A stretch of DNA of 63,995 bases, counting the filler, from Thelocarpon superellum (lineage: Eukaryota), in NCBI GenBank assembly GCA_026025795.1. It is 5 parts of 5 records of this genome, joined end to end, with 100 filler letters (N's around TTAATTAATTAA, not from the genome) between each part and the next. Parts side by side here need not be neighbours in the genome. Positions count along the whole stretch, not along the records: positions 39,247 to 52,166 come from JAPEUG010000472.1; positions 52,267 to 63,995 come from JAPEUG010000495.1; 3 more parts are not named here. One strand, 5' to 3'. A program made the position numbers and the translations under genes. The notes below the pieces were generated by a model. That model was not told the origin of the DNA. It did not search any database and saw only the letters and a program-made list of their open reading frames with translations. This document shows, in pieces, positions 51,272-63,248 of the stretch. Numbering within the stretch: position 1 is the stretch's first letter; each line of letters opens with the position of its first letter.

Positions 51272-52166
51272 GACGAGCTTCGTAACTACTGCAATGTGAG
51301 GTTGAAGATGGTATTTCCGCGGCCTGTAGAGCTTTACCGCTGGCTGGAGAACGGTTTGTGTATGAAGTATTCATTGCGTCTAGGCCGTGGCCGGGCTGAC
51401 AATTGCGGGGCCAACAACTGGATTTCGTCACTTTGTCACGAGCACGGACACCGGCAAATCGGCTGAGCGGTTGACAATGACTGGATTGCCCCCACTACGT
51501 CATGCCCACCTCTCTCGACGTGACGGAAGACGCGTTGCTCTTAGGGCGAAGGCATGGATGCATAGATGACATGTAGAATAGAATGTCAGATACCCAGGCC
51601 TCCACTAAGTACATCTAGAAGCGTGTACGTGCTTGGGGCACGATGGATGAACCTTCATGCCGCTAGGAGTGTTCCGAGCAACAACCGCCGACCACTTTGG
51701 CACCTTGGCCGAGAGTGTCTCGCAGCTGTGACTCCTCGATTGCCGCTCAGCTCGCTTCGCGCCCCAGACGTCACGGGCTGACCGCGTGCTCACCAGAACT
51801 TGTACGAGTGCGTTTGAGGGCTTACAAAAAGCCCGGCTCAAAGTCAACCATGCGCAGCAGCAAGAGTACTGCACGACAACCTAAGATCTAGGCTGTCGCG
51901 ACTCGCTGGGAAGTAAACAATTGGGTGCCTGACCCTTGCCAGTAATGGATATCGGATCACTCCTTCACCATGTGAACCGAAGAGGAGGGCAGCACGCGAG
52001 TCTCCAGGAGCTGCCAGCGTACCCAGCCACGACGTATACTAACAGTATCCACCTAGAAACCGGCCACACCTAGAAACCGGCTACTTTTCTCTCGACCCTA
52101 CCTCCACAATCAGCCACAACTCCACCACCACAACTGCTACTTATCAACCCTTAGAGATGTAAGTAG

Positions 52167-52266
52167 NNNNNNNNNNNNNNNNNNNNNNNNNNNNNNNNNN
52201 NNNNNNNNNNTTAATTAATTAANNNNNNNNNNNNNNNNNNNNNNNNNNNNNNNNNNNNNNNNNNNN
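52167..52266. other. Artificial contig-join spacer
   Basis: N44-TTAATTAATTAA-N44. Confidence 0.97.
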
Positions 52267-53375
52267 TCCGCGCGCCCCCGACGTCACCCACGCAGCCGCT
52301 AAGCTGCTCCGGGCCAATTACAGTTTCGGGACGACCCGTCTATCCGCCTGGCTGGCTGTCTGCCCGTCTGTCTGGCGGCCGGTCGCTTATGCAACCCGTG
52401 GGCCTGTTCGTCTCGCTTGGCCGGACGAGGGCGCGAACGAGTAGCGCCGTTGCCGTCGCTCTCGCGCACGGGTCGTCCGTCGATGTGTCCCGTCCGGCCA
52501 GCTCGACGCTGCTCGTACAGCCACGTTGCCGTGACGCGCTGCGCGTCATGGAATGGGTTCCGCGGTAGATGGAATAGGTAATTTGCGGATGGGTTGGCAG
52601 AAGGCGCGAAGACCCTCCAGCTACCTGCCTGGTCTGCCGGTGTCTGCCCGGCTGTTTCGGTCGGTCGGGAGCCGTTGAGCCCAGAGATGTGTGGAGCCGG
52701 ACAGCGTAGGACATTGCAGAGTGCCGCTCGCCGTACGTGGGTCAACTTCGAGGAGGGCACGGTGGGGAGATGAGCATCGGGACGCGCGTCGCGGGTCCCT
52801 GCGTGAGGTTACGACCTGGTATGTCTTGAAAGTCCGCGGGGGCTATTGAGCCAGCCACCTCTCATGGAGGACCCCCGACGATTGTCCGCTGTGGCCGTGC
52901 GCGAATGCGACTAGATGTTGAGTCGGATGGACACTCGTTAGGTAAGCAGCCGGCACGACCATGGTGCTATCCGCGTGGAAAGATTTTGCCATGTGGTGAA
53001 GATGGCAAGCCCGCGCCCGACCGTGGTATTGGTGGTCAGTGGCCATGGCGCTACTCAACGGTAACGATTCTACAGCCTTTTCCGATGAGTGATGCGCAGT
53101 CGAATGGAGTGCATCAGCTGCAGCAGTGCATGGGAGTCGCCATCAAGATTGCATACAGCGGCGGACACGCGCGGTCGTGGAGATGATGAGACACTGCGCC
53201 GTGTCCGTCGACCATCTCAAGCGGCGGAAAGAGATCTACTTGGGACACTGCATGGCACGCGGACGTACCCCGGAATAGTTGGCATCAAGGCCGGGCACGC
53301 TCTGGACCGTCACCACAATCACCATTTCATCCTCGACTTGGCGCAAGGTGGAGGATGACTCATCAACATTCGACG

Positions 53376-54171
53376 CTAAGTTCATCGTCGAACGTCGCAG
53401 CTTTCAGGGTCCTCGTCAGGGTCCTCCTCGAGTGACACCAAACACGATGGCCATGCAGTGGGGGAGGGACGGCGCCGGTAGCTGCAGGTGCGTGCAGACT
53501 GATATCGTTTCTCTGCCCCGGTTCTCTCGCTCGTCTCGGCAGCGACATATCAGACTCTACGCGAGCTCGCACCAAGGGGGTGGCTGGCGTATGTAAGCGC
53601 CAGGTGACATAATCCGTCCCGACGCCGCGGGCCAATGGCGAGAGCGACTAAGTTCATCGTCGAACGTCGCAGTTTTCAGGGTCCACTTTAAGTTGGAGAG
53701 GCGACCAAGGAGGGTGAAGCCGCATCTCGCGTTACCCCAGATGTGCATCGGTGTGGTGGCACTGGCGGTGGCGATGCCCGATGGACCCACTCCACCTCGA
53801 CGGCCGCAATCATGGGCCTCCATAGTATCGACCGTGCTCGCTTGTCCCGTGGGGCTGGATCGGCATCTTGCGTCCTTGTCAAGGGGGGAGAGGTCATGCA
53901 TCAACTTCGTTACGGCTGGTCATCTTCATTGGATGAAGTCAAGACTGGTGAGTCGACTCCGCTAGATAGGAACGGCAGTGGGATAGACGATGAGTATGGT
54001 CGCACGTAGGTAGAGAAAAATCGAGAATCGATCATGGTGTGGAAACCGGCGACATGGCGAAAGTGGCTCGTCATGTGACGCCTCTTTGAACGTGGCGATG
54101 AGGCGGCGGGGACGACGAGGTCGACACGAAGGCAACTGCACCGCCCTAAGATTATCGTCGAACGTCGCAGC
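53376..54171 (+). repeat. Three spaced direct copies of the ~37-nt dispersed repeat
   Basis: 53376-53412 and 53648-53684 match at 36/37 nt (CTAAGTTCATCGTCGAACGTCGCAGYTTTCAGGGTCC). 54146-54171 reads CTAAGATTATCGTCGAACGTCGCAGC. Confidence 0.9.
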
Positions 54172-54913
54172 CTTGTGGCTGAGAGCAGAGTAAGGCTGGT
54201 GGCGTGGGACACGGAAGACGACACCGAGGCTGGTGGCGTGGTACAGGGAAGATGAGACAAACCGCATGATTGGCTGAGGATAGGGGTGAGGTGATGGCTC
54301 TCCGGTGGTGAGTCAAGTAATAGCTCGAGCGGTGGGTAAGGAAGCGATTCGTGGACCGCAGGAGGCGCAAAAGCCAGCGGATCAGTGGTCGACGAGCGCC
54401 CGACATCCCCGCCCGCCCGAGCCTCCACTCGTCAGGCCCGGTAAGCCTGAGCTCCGCACCCCAAGCACAGGCGGTGGAGATTGGGCAGCGACGAAGGTGA
54501 CGAGCGCACGAGCATGGCCGGTGAGGTGATTGATTGCAGGCCGCATGGACTCGGACCTCTGTCCTAGTGGAATGCCGCTAATGCACCACACTTGCTCTCT
54601 GGTAGAAGCGGGGTCGAGGGATGACGATGAGGGTCCCTCGATTTGGCCATGCCTGGACGCAGACCAGTCAGGTTTCCCCGATCGAGACCACATGCAGGCA
54701 TGCACCTACGTGCGAGATACTGCAGTCGCGGACGCAGGCTACGGACGCAGGCTACGGATCGATTGGCACGTACATTAGTCACGGTCGCTGGTGAGTTTGA
54801 TGTTTGTGGTGGGCGAGGGTGGCAGGAGTGGGGTGCGTGAGCCTGCAGAACGTCAGAGGAGATGGCGAGCAGACAAGGGAGACGGAGAAGAAAAGTGGGG
54901 TCGGCACCGGGCA

Positions 54914-55032
54914 GGATGCCGACTGGTAGAGGATGCCGACTGGTAGAGGATGCCGACTGGTAGAGGATGCCGACTGGTAGAGGATGCCGACTGGTAGAGG
55001 ATGCCGACTGGTAGAGGATGCCGACTGGTAGA
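54914..55032 (+). repeat. Minisatellite (GGATGCCGACTGGTAGA)x7
   Basis: Seven perfect 17-nt tandem units, 119 nt in total. Confidence 0.97.
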
Positions 55033-56170
55033 CGCAGTCGATCCTCGGCAAGCGTCTCGAATGGCGTGTTGCCTTTCCTCGCTGACCAGGCTGACAGGTC
55101 GACGTGCAAGGAGGGAAGATCCGGCTTTCACTCATGTCTCACGTCTCGTGGGGGTGCCGAGGCGGGGGCGGGTCCGGGTGTCTTCCTACTGGCGGCGTGT
55201 TCCGATGGCGGTCGCTTACCATCGCTAGTAGAGAGTAGTGGCCGCATCTCGACCATGGTACGCTCGTGCATCAGGCCGGGAGCGTGTCGGCGACCGGTGA
55301 AGGTGGAGATGAGGACCCACAAATGCTCGTGGGTGTTTTTGCTTTTTGGTGTGCTTTCGCCTGCCCCGCCCGGACGAATTCGGGAGCACTTCCGATTTGG
55401 ATGCTCCCATCTACTCGTGCTGCCTACAGGACGCTAAGTCACTGGCCGAGCGGGGGTGATGAATGTGAGCGAGGTGCATCGGATGAACGGAATGGACAGG
55501 CATGGCCAAGTGGACAAGCATACCATCCCGGCACTCATCCTGCACGTCAGACGGTGGTACGCGCTATCACTAGCCCCCTCTGCTGTGCGACATCCGTACG
55601 TGTCGCGAGGGCTCTCATTCGACGACGGGCGATGCAGGCCTGCACTGCGGCCATCATACGACCCCCGCTGGCACGCTCCGTGGTGGAGAAAGGAAAAGTG
55701 GGTCTCGCATGCAGGGCGAGCAGAACCTAGGGAGGGAGGCGTGCGGGGAGAGCGAGCGGGAGAGAGAGTTGCTGGCAGAGAGGGCTTGCAGGGCGATAAG
55801 ACGTGAAAGTGCATGGGCGCTACTGCAAGAGTGCCCGTTCTGCACGTACGTGGACACGGTATCGTGGAAGAAGCAAACTGCATAGAAGAAGGACGCTACT
55901 CCGCGCCGGAAAAAGCAAAGAGACGAGAATGCGTTGTTCGATGTGTCAGAATCAGGAAAAAGAAATGACACGATGCAGTCCTACTCGTCGAGACCCGCAC
56001 TTGCAAGCTCCGGAACCCGGGTCTCGAGCCGCGATAGCGCTAGCCAGCAGCGAGAATCCAGGTCAAGCCGAGGCGGCGTCAGAAGCATCTGCACCTGCTT
56101 GAACGGTATGCCGGGAAACGACCCGGTGTGTTGATATGCACCGAAATGGAAGTCTCCCGATGCCATGCAC

Positions 56171-58414
56171 TCACACCCCCCCGTTCCGTTCGCTGCGCCA
56201 GATAAAGGTCGGACAGCGCCACTGCGTCCCGCGCTCTTTGGAGCCCGAGGGTCCTAATGGTCTAGATCACCCCGTCAGTCCGTCCGTCTCTCCGCGGCTC
56301 CGGCACGTGATGGCCGGATCGCGACGGGGGCAGTCTCCCATCCACCTGACCTACCGCGCACACATCCAAAAGGCCCGGCCGCAGTTGACGCCGCTCTTCT
56401 TCGTCGTCATGAGCTGGCAGGGTTCGCGATGGCTCTCGCATCGCGGCGCCGCCGGCTGCGTGAAGAGTCGTGACCACGACTCCTTGGACACGATTGGGTC
56501 AAAGACCGCCTCGTCTTCCGTCATGTGCGCGCCATGGTCGACGGTTGGCGTCGTCGTGTCTTGTCCCCCATCTTGTTGATTGGGGGACTGATTCTCCCTT
56601 TCGGATGGCTGGCTCGACCAAGGCAACCTGGGGCCGAGACTGGGAGACGGAGCGAGCGAGAGCGTGCCGGGGGTCGGCAGCTCCGGCAGCTCGGGCATGG
56701 TGAGGCGCGTGGGGAAAGCGTTACTGCGGAGGATGGGCCGGGGCTGGAGAAAGGCGGTCAAGCTCTGCTGGCTGGGGCCCGGATCGCTGACGGGTGCGGG
56801 CGTGCTCCGCGCCTTGGATCGCTTCGTCGGTCGGTCGGGCGAGGATGCCTGCTGCCGTTTGCCGGGACTCGGCTCTCCCGACCCGGACGCGCTCACCAGC
56901 GACGCGACTGGCAGGGCGGAGGCATTCGGCCGCGTGGTCGGACTGGTCATCACCGATGACCCCGAGCACGCAGACACATCAGATGCAAGGGTCGGCGGCG
57001 CCACAGCGTCCGGTTTACTGCCGGACGTGGAGGACCGCTTGAACATGTCGCGAATGTTGCCTCGTCGATCGAATTCCGGGATGAGCCGGCCCGACAAGGC
57101 CGGCGTATCTTTCAGCGTGACCCGTCCGATGCGCGTGCCCTGTGCAAAGATGCCGGGAGGATTCATGAGGTCGCGCAGGTCTCGCTCCGCTCCCTTCCAC
57201 TCGATCCGGTCCTTGGCGACGGCATAGACGGGGCAGTGGTCGGAGCCCTGCCCCTCGTCAGCATCGGCGCATCGGCGCATCTGCTCGGGCACGGGGGCGG
57301 TCGCTGGGGTCGCCGGAGCACAGCACGTACCATCAGGCCCTCCTGAATGTTGGAGGCTTCAAACCAGTCCTTGATCCCGAGGCTGCAGAGGACGTAGTCG
57401 ATGCGCGACCCAAAGTTGCCCGGGCGGGCGTTGATCTTCTGCTCCCAGCAGGTGTACATGCCGCGTCGGCGGGGATGGAAGCCCCGACAGAGATCCCACA
57501 TGACGGGTTGCGCGCGACCGGGGTCCGGGTGGCCGTAGTAGACGCCGTCGGGCAGCCATTGGTTGAGCAGACGTCGGGCCGGGGTGGAGACAAAATCATC
57601 GGACGAGGTGCCCTGCTTCTCCATCTCCTCTTGCGCGTGCGCGGCATCGATGGGCGCGCGGGAGATGTTCAGGTCGCCGGTGACGATGACATTCTTGCCC
57701 ATCTCGACCAAGTTCCGCACCCGTGCATCCAGCATGTCGAGGAAGCCCAGGCGGAATTGGTCGCGGGACATGTCGCGGTGGGCCGGACAGTAGACCCCGA
57801 TGAGCACCAGGGCCGGGAATTCCAGGAGCACGCATCGACCTTCGGCGTCGATCACGAGGGGGTCCACCTCGTACCGATGAAGCTGCTCGTCGGTCGGATA
57901 GCCCCCGATCTGATCGGGAATCGGCAGCTCGCGGTAAGGTGCTCGCGCCTGGGGCGCACTCAGCCCGCCCGTGATGCCTTCTTCGGCGCGGATGGGGGCG
58001 CATGTGGCTTGACGGGTGTAGATGGCGACGCCGGCGTAGCCTGGGGGGGTTAGTGCTCGTCGGACGGTGGCAGGGAGCATGCCGGGCGCACCTCTCTTCG
58101 TCTTGGGCACACTGAAATAGCAATCCCATCCGGGGACCAAGACAATGTCATCGGTCAGATCCTTCTTCTGAATCTTGATCTCCTGCAGGACGACAATGTC
58201 GGCCTCGAGGATGTCGAACATGGCCTGGAGGGTGAGCGACGGACGAGGGGGGGTTTTGGGGGGGGGCGACCTACTTGAAAGGTCTTCTTGTCGCGCCATG
58301 GCTGGTATTGAAAAGGGTTTTTGATGCCGTTTACTGGTGACAGTCAGGGAGCTGTGAGCGTCGGCGATGGAGGGGGGGCGACTTGCCATTCCACGTGGTG
58401 ATGCGGAACCCCAT
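56171..58414 (-). CDS. APN2: AP endonuclease 2 (DNA lyase), multi-exon
   Basis: MGFRITTWN | VNGIKNPF...ADIVVLQEIK...GYAGV...GVYCP...GDLN...YTCW...GSRIDY...GSDHCPV, a PIP-like QQSLTAFL and a C-terminal GRF zinc finger (C..H.EPC...GRAFWMCARP...C.TFIW). Confidence 0.95.
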
Positions 58415-58633
58415 GACACATGTCGAGGCCGGGTGGGGGGTGGCGAGGGCAGAATGAGGAATTGCAGAGGTCTACAGCTCCCCGAGCACGCACGCAGAGC
58501 TGATGAGGGAAGACATTGAGTGGAGGACTGCAAGGAATGATGTGTGAGCTCGCAGTCTGGCCCAGTCTTCGCTGCGGCCTACTATCGGCGTAAACACCGA
58601 CGCGACCGACATTGGTGGTCGTATTAGTATTGA

Positions 58634-58745
58634 CTCGAACGTCGAGCGTCGAACGTCGAACGTCGGACGCGGATCCTTGGACCTCCGCCACTCGTTACTC
58701 GTCACTGGCTCCTCGTCACTGGCTCCTCGTCACTGGCTACTCGTC
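58634..58745 (+). repeat. Short tandem repeats in the APN2/COX13 divergent promoter
   Basis: Tandem (CGTCGAA)-like 7-mers at 58634-58667 and (CTCGTCACTGGCTC) about x3 at ~58698-58745. Confidence 0.8.
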
Positions 58746-58997
58746 GCCGGCCGCTCGTTTCTCGCTTGTCGCCTCTGGCATCGGGTCTCTCGTCTCTCAC
58801 CTCCAGCATGCGACGGAATCGACGGACACACGCCGACCCTCGTCCCTCGTACGGTCGCTGACTAAGGTCAACCGCCGAGAGGCTCCACGGGGGTCGGACA
58901 TCACCCTCCATCACCAACACCCTCATCACCAACACCCTCATATCTCTCTCACCGTGTCCAGTACTCTTGTGCTGTCCTGTCCTCTCCCACCAGCACC

Positions 58998-59662
58998 ATG
59001 TTTCCGCAACGGCGGCTCGTCAACTCGTCGCAGCGATGGGTCCACCAACTCCGACCGTCCTCATCACCACGGGCACTGGGGTCGCGTCGGTTCGCCAGCT
59101 CGGGTCCCTCGGGTCTGGAAGGCGCGGCGGACAATGCCTTCAACCGAGAGCGACAGGCCATCAAGGACCACGCCGCGGCGACGAGTGGTGCGTCTAGCGT
59201 GCCTCTTCCTCCGTCGATGCCTGACTGACGAGTGGTGGCAGATCTGTGGCGGAAACTGTCCATCTAGTACGTGGCGGCCGTGGAGCACCCTGGTCCGCTC
59301 GAACCGCACTGACCGTCTCTGCTCCTCCAGCGTCGTCATCCCCGCCTTGATCATCGGATCCCTCAATGCGTGGAACCTGTGGAGCGCGCATTGGGAGCAC
59401 TGGGCGCACATGCCGCCGTTGGAAGAGCGACCGGAGTATCCCTACCAGAATCTCCGGACCAAGAATTTCTTCTGGGGCGACGGTGACAAGGTGAGGAATG
59501 AGGATGACGGCTGACGCGGGAGAGACTTGCTAACCCGTGATAGACTTTGTTGTAAGTGACGTTTCTACGGTGGAAGCAATGAGTGGTGACGGCGGGTGAC
59601 GCGGACTGACGCTTGACGGCAGCTGGAACGACGAAGTCAACTACCACAAGAAGGACGAGTGA
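58998..59662 (+). CDS. COX13: Cytochrome c oxidase subunit 6A
   Basis: Presequence, then DNAFNRERQAIKDHAAATS | DLWRKLSI | ...EHWAHMPPLEERPEYPYQNLRTKNFFWGDGDK | TLF | WNDEVNYHKKDE*. Confidence 0.96.
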
Positions 59663-59733
59663 GGAGGGGGGAAAGGTGAGACGAGGGCAGGAAAGACGGA
59701 AGATGTGGGAGCGGAGTGGATCATGCCAAGGAG

Positions 59734-59852
59734 GTTGGGGAGTGTACGCTACGGGAGGTGCCATAGAAGAATGCAAGCTCGGGAAGCCGGAGGATGTTGG
59801 GGAGTGTACGCTACGGGAGGTGCCATAGAAGAATGCCAGCGCCGGAAGCCGG
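59734..59852 (+). repeat. 62-nt tandem duplication (x2) downstream of COX13
   Basis: GTTGGGGAGTGTACGCTACGGGAGGTGCCATAGAAGAATGC occurs at 59734 and 59796. Confidence 0.9.
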
Positions 59853-60152
59853 GTCATGGTCTTGTGATGTACCGCAGGACAGTGACCTATGTTGACTCCG
59901 CACGATCATCGTGTGTGGGTTACGGTCGGACGGTGAGGATCTATGCAGGAAAGAAGCCGACCGTGTCTCATTCTAAGATAGATGGGTGAGTGAGTGAGCG
60001 AGTGTTAGATACTTGAGAAACCACGTCAGGATCAGACGAGAAAATCAACATCAAAGTCATGGGCAGCCGTAAAGGGACGAGCAGGGGAGATGGGCAGAGC
60101 ACGAGAGCGGAGGCTGGGACCCGCGGGACGAGGTGAGGTGAGCATGAGATAG

Positions 60153-60219
60153 TCACGCATCCTCCACCTTGATCTCGACGTCGACGGCAGCGGGGACGGC
60201 AGCAGCGTCAGCGTCAGCT

Positions 60220-60261
<42 letters not shown>

Positions 60262-63248
60262 TCAGCAGCAGCAGCGGAGGCGTCGGCACGGGCGCCGGCA
60301 TGGACCCCGGCCTGGACATCGGGGACCACGTCTTTCCCCAGTGCCGTGTCCACCCCCCCCGCTTCCTCGGGCCCCTCCTCCTTCTTGCGCACATCCTCCT
60401 CCCGGTCCACATCCTCGGCGGGTTCCGGCACCTCGTCGCCATCGCCCTCGTCGCCATCGCCCTCGTCGCCCTCCCAGTCCATCTCCTCGAGCAAGGGCAT
60501 GCCCGCCTCCTGCTCGTACTCGTCCAGCTCCTCCGCTTCGTCCTCGAGGCTCACCAGGGCGCCCTCGGCCTCCTGACGCGACTGTTCGCTCTTCCGGTTC
60601 AGCTCGATGAAGGTGGCGGCCCAGTCGTTCGCCAGCTGCTGCTCGCCCATCAGATGCATGATGGTGGATTTCTTGGCCACGGCTTCCGTGTGCCCGCGAA
60701 TGTCTTCGAGGCGGACGTGCGCTGATGCATCGCTCCGCGTCAGCAAGCAGGACGACCACACGGGGGATGCACGCACCGTCGATGGCGCAGTCGAGACAGC
60801 GCAGCGCCAGCGTCATGTGCTCGTTGCGCCGCGGGCTGGCGCGGGCCTCGAGGCCACTGAGGCCCATGTGCGCGTCGGCGAGCGACATGTACGCGAGCGC
60901 GATCGTGGCGACGTCTTCGGTCTCGAGGATCTAGCGCGATGGACGCGAGGTTAGCCGCGACGATTGCGGACGGGGGGCCGCGGGGATGCCCGACGCACCG
61001 AGGGCAAGATGGACTCGAGAATGGTCACGGCCGCCTCGAATTCCTTCAGCGTCACCAGGATGCGCGCGTGCACGGTCATGGCGCGCCACAGGGCCGGCAA
61101 CAGGCGGGCGCGCCAGGCCTGCCGCGCGGCGCGTGCGACGGCGGCGAAGCCCTTGGGCGCGCGATGGCAGCGGTGGAAGACCTCGGCGCGCAGGGTCAGC
61201 AGTCGCACGCGCTGATACAGGTCGGCGTTGTCGTCGCGCAGTCGCGCCGCGCTCGTCTCCAGCATGGCCATGGCCTGGTTCCGCCGGCCGCGTCGCATCA
61301 AGAAGTCGATGTGCAGCAGGTCCACCTCGAAGACGAGGTCGGGCTCCGCCGGCAGCGGGAGGCGCACGTGCACGAGCAAGCGTTCGGCGATGCCCAGGTG
61401 GTTCCGATGCAGCGCGCGCTTGAGCTGGATCAGGCCCGTGTACACGGCGGTCAGGTGCTGGATCTTGAGCGTGCGTCGGGACTCGGCGGGCACCTCGTCC
61501 AGTTGGCGCAAGGCATCCGCGTACCGGCCGCGTTCCGCCAGCTGCGCCACAGGTCAGCGGTGCCGCGGAGGGGGGAAGACAGGCCACGCACCATGTACGC
61601 CTGTCGCCCCACGCAGCGGACGACATCCTCGGGCGGGGCCTCGTCGGCGTAGCAGTGCAGAAAATGGGCACACGCGGACCACGACAGGTGCTCCATGCCT
61701 AGGCACACGAGATGCGTCAGCACGGGTCATGGTCGGGGGCACGGGCGTCCGGGACTCACCCAGACGCCCCCACAGCGTCGACTGCAGGACCATCAGGGGC
61801 CCGACGGCGTTGGCGACGCGGCGATGCATGTGCAGATGCGAGGCCTTGACGAGCAGCTCAATGGCCTTGGGCACGCTCTCGCCGCGGGCCATGCTGGTGC
61901 GGGCCTCGGCCAAGAGGGCGGTGGTGGACAGGGTCCACATGGCCGTGTCGCGCACCTTGGCGCGGAGGGCGGCGAGCCCGTCGCGGTCGAGGCCCCAGCG
62001 GCCCGGGCCGCCGACGCCCTGCAGCTTGCGCGGGTGCGCCTTGGCGAAATGATGGAGCCAGTTGAGGCAGAAGTGGAGGCAGCCGTGGTCCTTGTGGTCG
62101 CGCGCGGTGGCGATGGCCTCTTGCATGGCCGCGACGGCCTCGCGCAGGCTCCCCAGGTCGGCGTGGAGGATGGCGAGGTTGAGCAGGGCGTACTGGTAAA
62201 AGGTGCGGTCGCGCTGGTGCATGGTGTAGTCAAAGTAGCGGTGCAGACGGTCAAAGGCCGAGGGATAGTCGCCGGCGCGCCAGGCGTCGAGGAAGCCGGC
62301 GTAGTGGGCGAGACTGGGGAGGGCCGGGTTGGCCTGGATCATGTCCTCGAGCGTGCCGGCCATGATCTTGGTCACGCGCGTGCCGCGTTCTGCGAACCGG
62401 TCAGCGCAGCTGGAGCGGGGGAGCGTGGTGGGCAAAGCACGCAGCGGAAAAGGGAGCCTACTCTGCATGGCCTCCACCTGAAACTCCAACAGCGTCTCGA
62501 CGTCCGCCGTGCTGACCAGACCCGGCTGCAGGATCGTGGGTCGCGCGGGAGGGTGGGGGTGGAGGCCCGGGGGCGGGACGGTGTCGGCTGGGGTGGACTC
62601 GGGCGGGGCGGACTCGGCCGGGGCGGACTCGGGCGGGCCATAGACGACCTGGGCCAGGGGCTGCTCGCGACTCACGCCCGCCTGCTCCAGATTGACGTCG
62701 AAGCTGGTCGGCGTCGCGGCTGGGTTGCGCCGGCTCCAGAGCTGCATGGAGGGGTCGCGGTAGGCGAGAAAGACATTCCACAGCGCGACGGCGTCGTTGA
62801 ACTGCAGCCGGGTAAACTCCAGGTGCACGCGGCGGATGAAGGTGCCGACGGGCGAGGCCCGGTTGATGGGCATGGTGCCGGTCGGGGGCGCGATGCCGCG
62901 GGCGGCGTCGCGGCGCACGTCGGCCGGGCTGGGCGCCAGCAGGGCGACGGCCTCGGTGCAGAAGCGGTCGAGGGCATCGAAGCTGTTGATGTCCCAGATG
63001 CGCTGCAGCAGCAGATCCCACACGGTGCGGCCGGGGATGACGGAGAGGTGGGTGATGGTGTGCCGCTGGAACTCGTCGAGCAGCACCAGGGCATTGGGCG
63101 CGCGCGCATCCGGGCGGTCGAGGTTCAGGACGAGGCCGGCGACGAACATGAGGACGGGGATGGAGGACTGGTTGGGCACCTTGGCCTCGACGAGGAGGTG
63201 CACGAGGGCCACGAGGACGATCTTGGGCGGGGTGAGGTAGCGCGTCAT
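60153..63248 (-). CDS. APC5: Anaphase-promoting complex subunit 5, multi-exon
   Basis: MTRYLTPPKIVL...GRTVWDLLL..IWDINSFDAL...EFTRLQF, and the Apc5 domain FLDAWRAGDYPSAFDRLHRYFDY...YQYALLNLAILHADLG. Acidic, poly-Ala C-terminal tail. Confidence 0.9.
60199..60275 (+). repeat. (CAG)n microsatellite encoding poly-Ala in the APC5 C-terminus
   Basis: About 13 pure CAG units at 60221-60259 with degenerate flanks. Confidence 0.9.

Noticed and set aside
52299..52760. ORF containing LPRNPFH as a possible HMG-box MAT remnant
   Set aside because: Lacks the rest of the HMG signature (AFILYR, ISxxxGxxW, YxYxP) and does not look coding.
53376..54171. CRISPR-like reading of the 37-nt direct repeats
   Set aside because: Only three copies with long unequal spacers (235 and ~460 nt), no cas genes, and a eukaryotic context. 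Kept as a dispersed repeat instead.
54914..55032. 17-mer array as CRISPR or telomere repeat
   Set aside because: Head-to-tail with no spacers, internal to the contig, and not TTAGGG-like.
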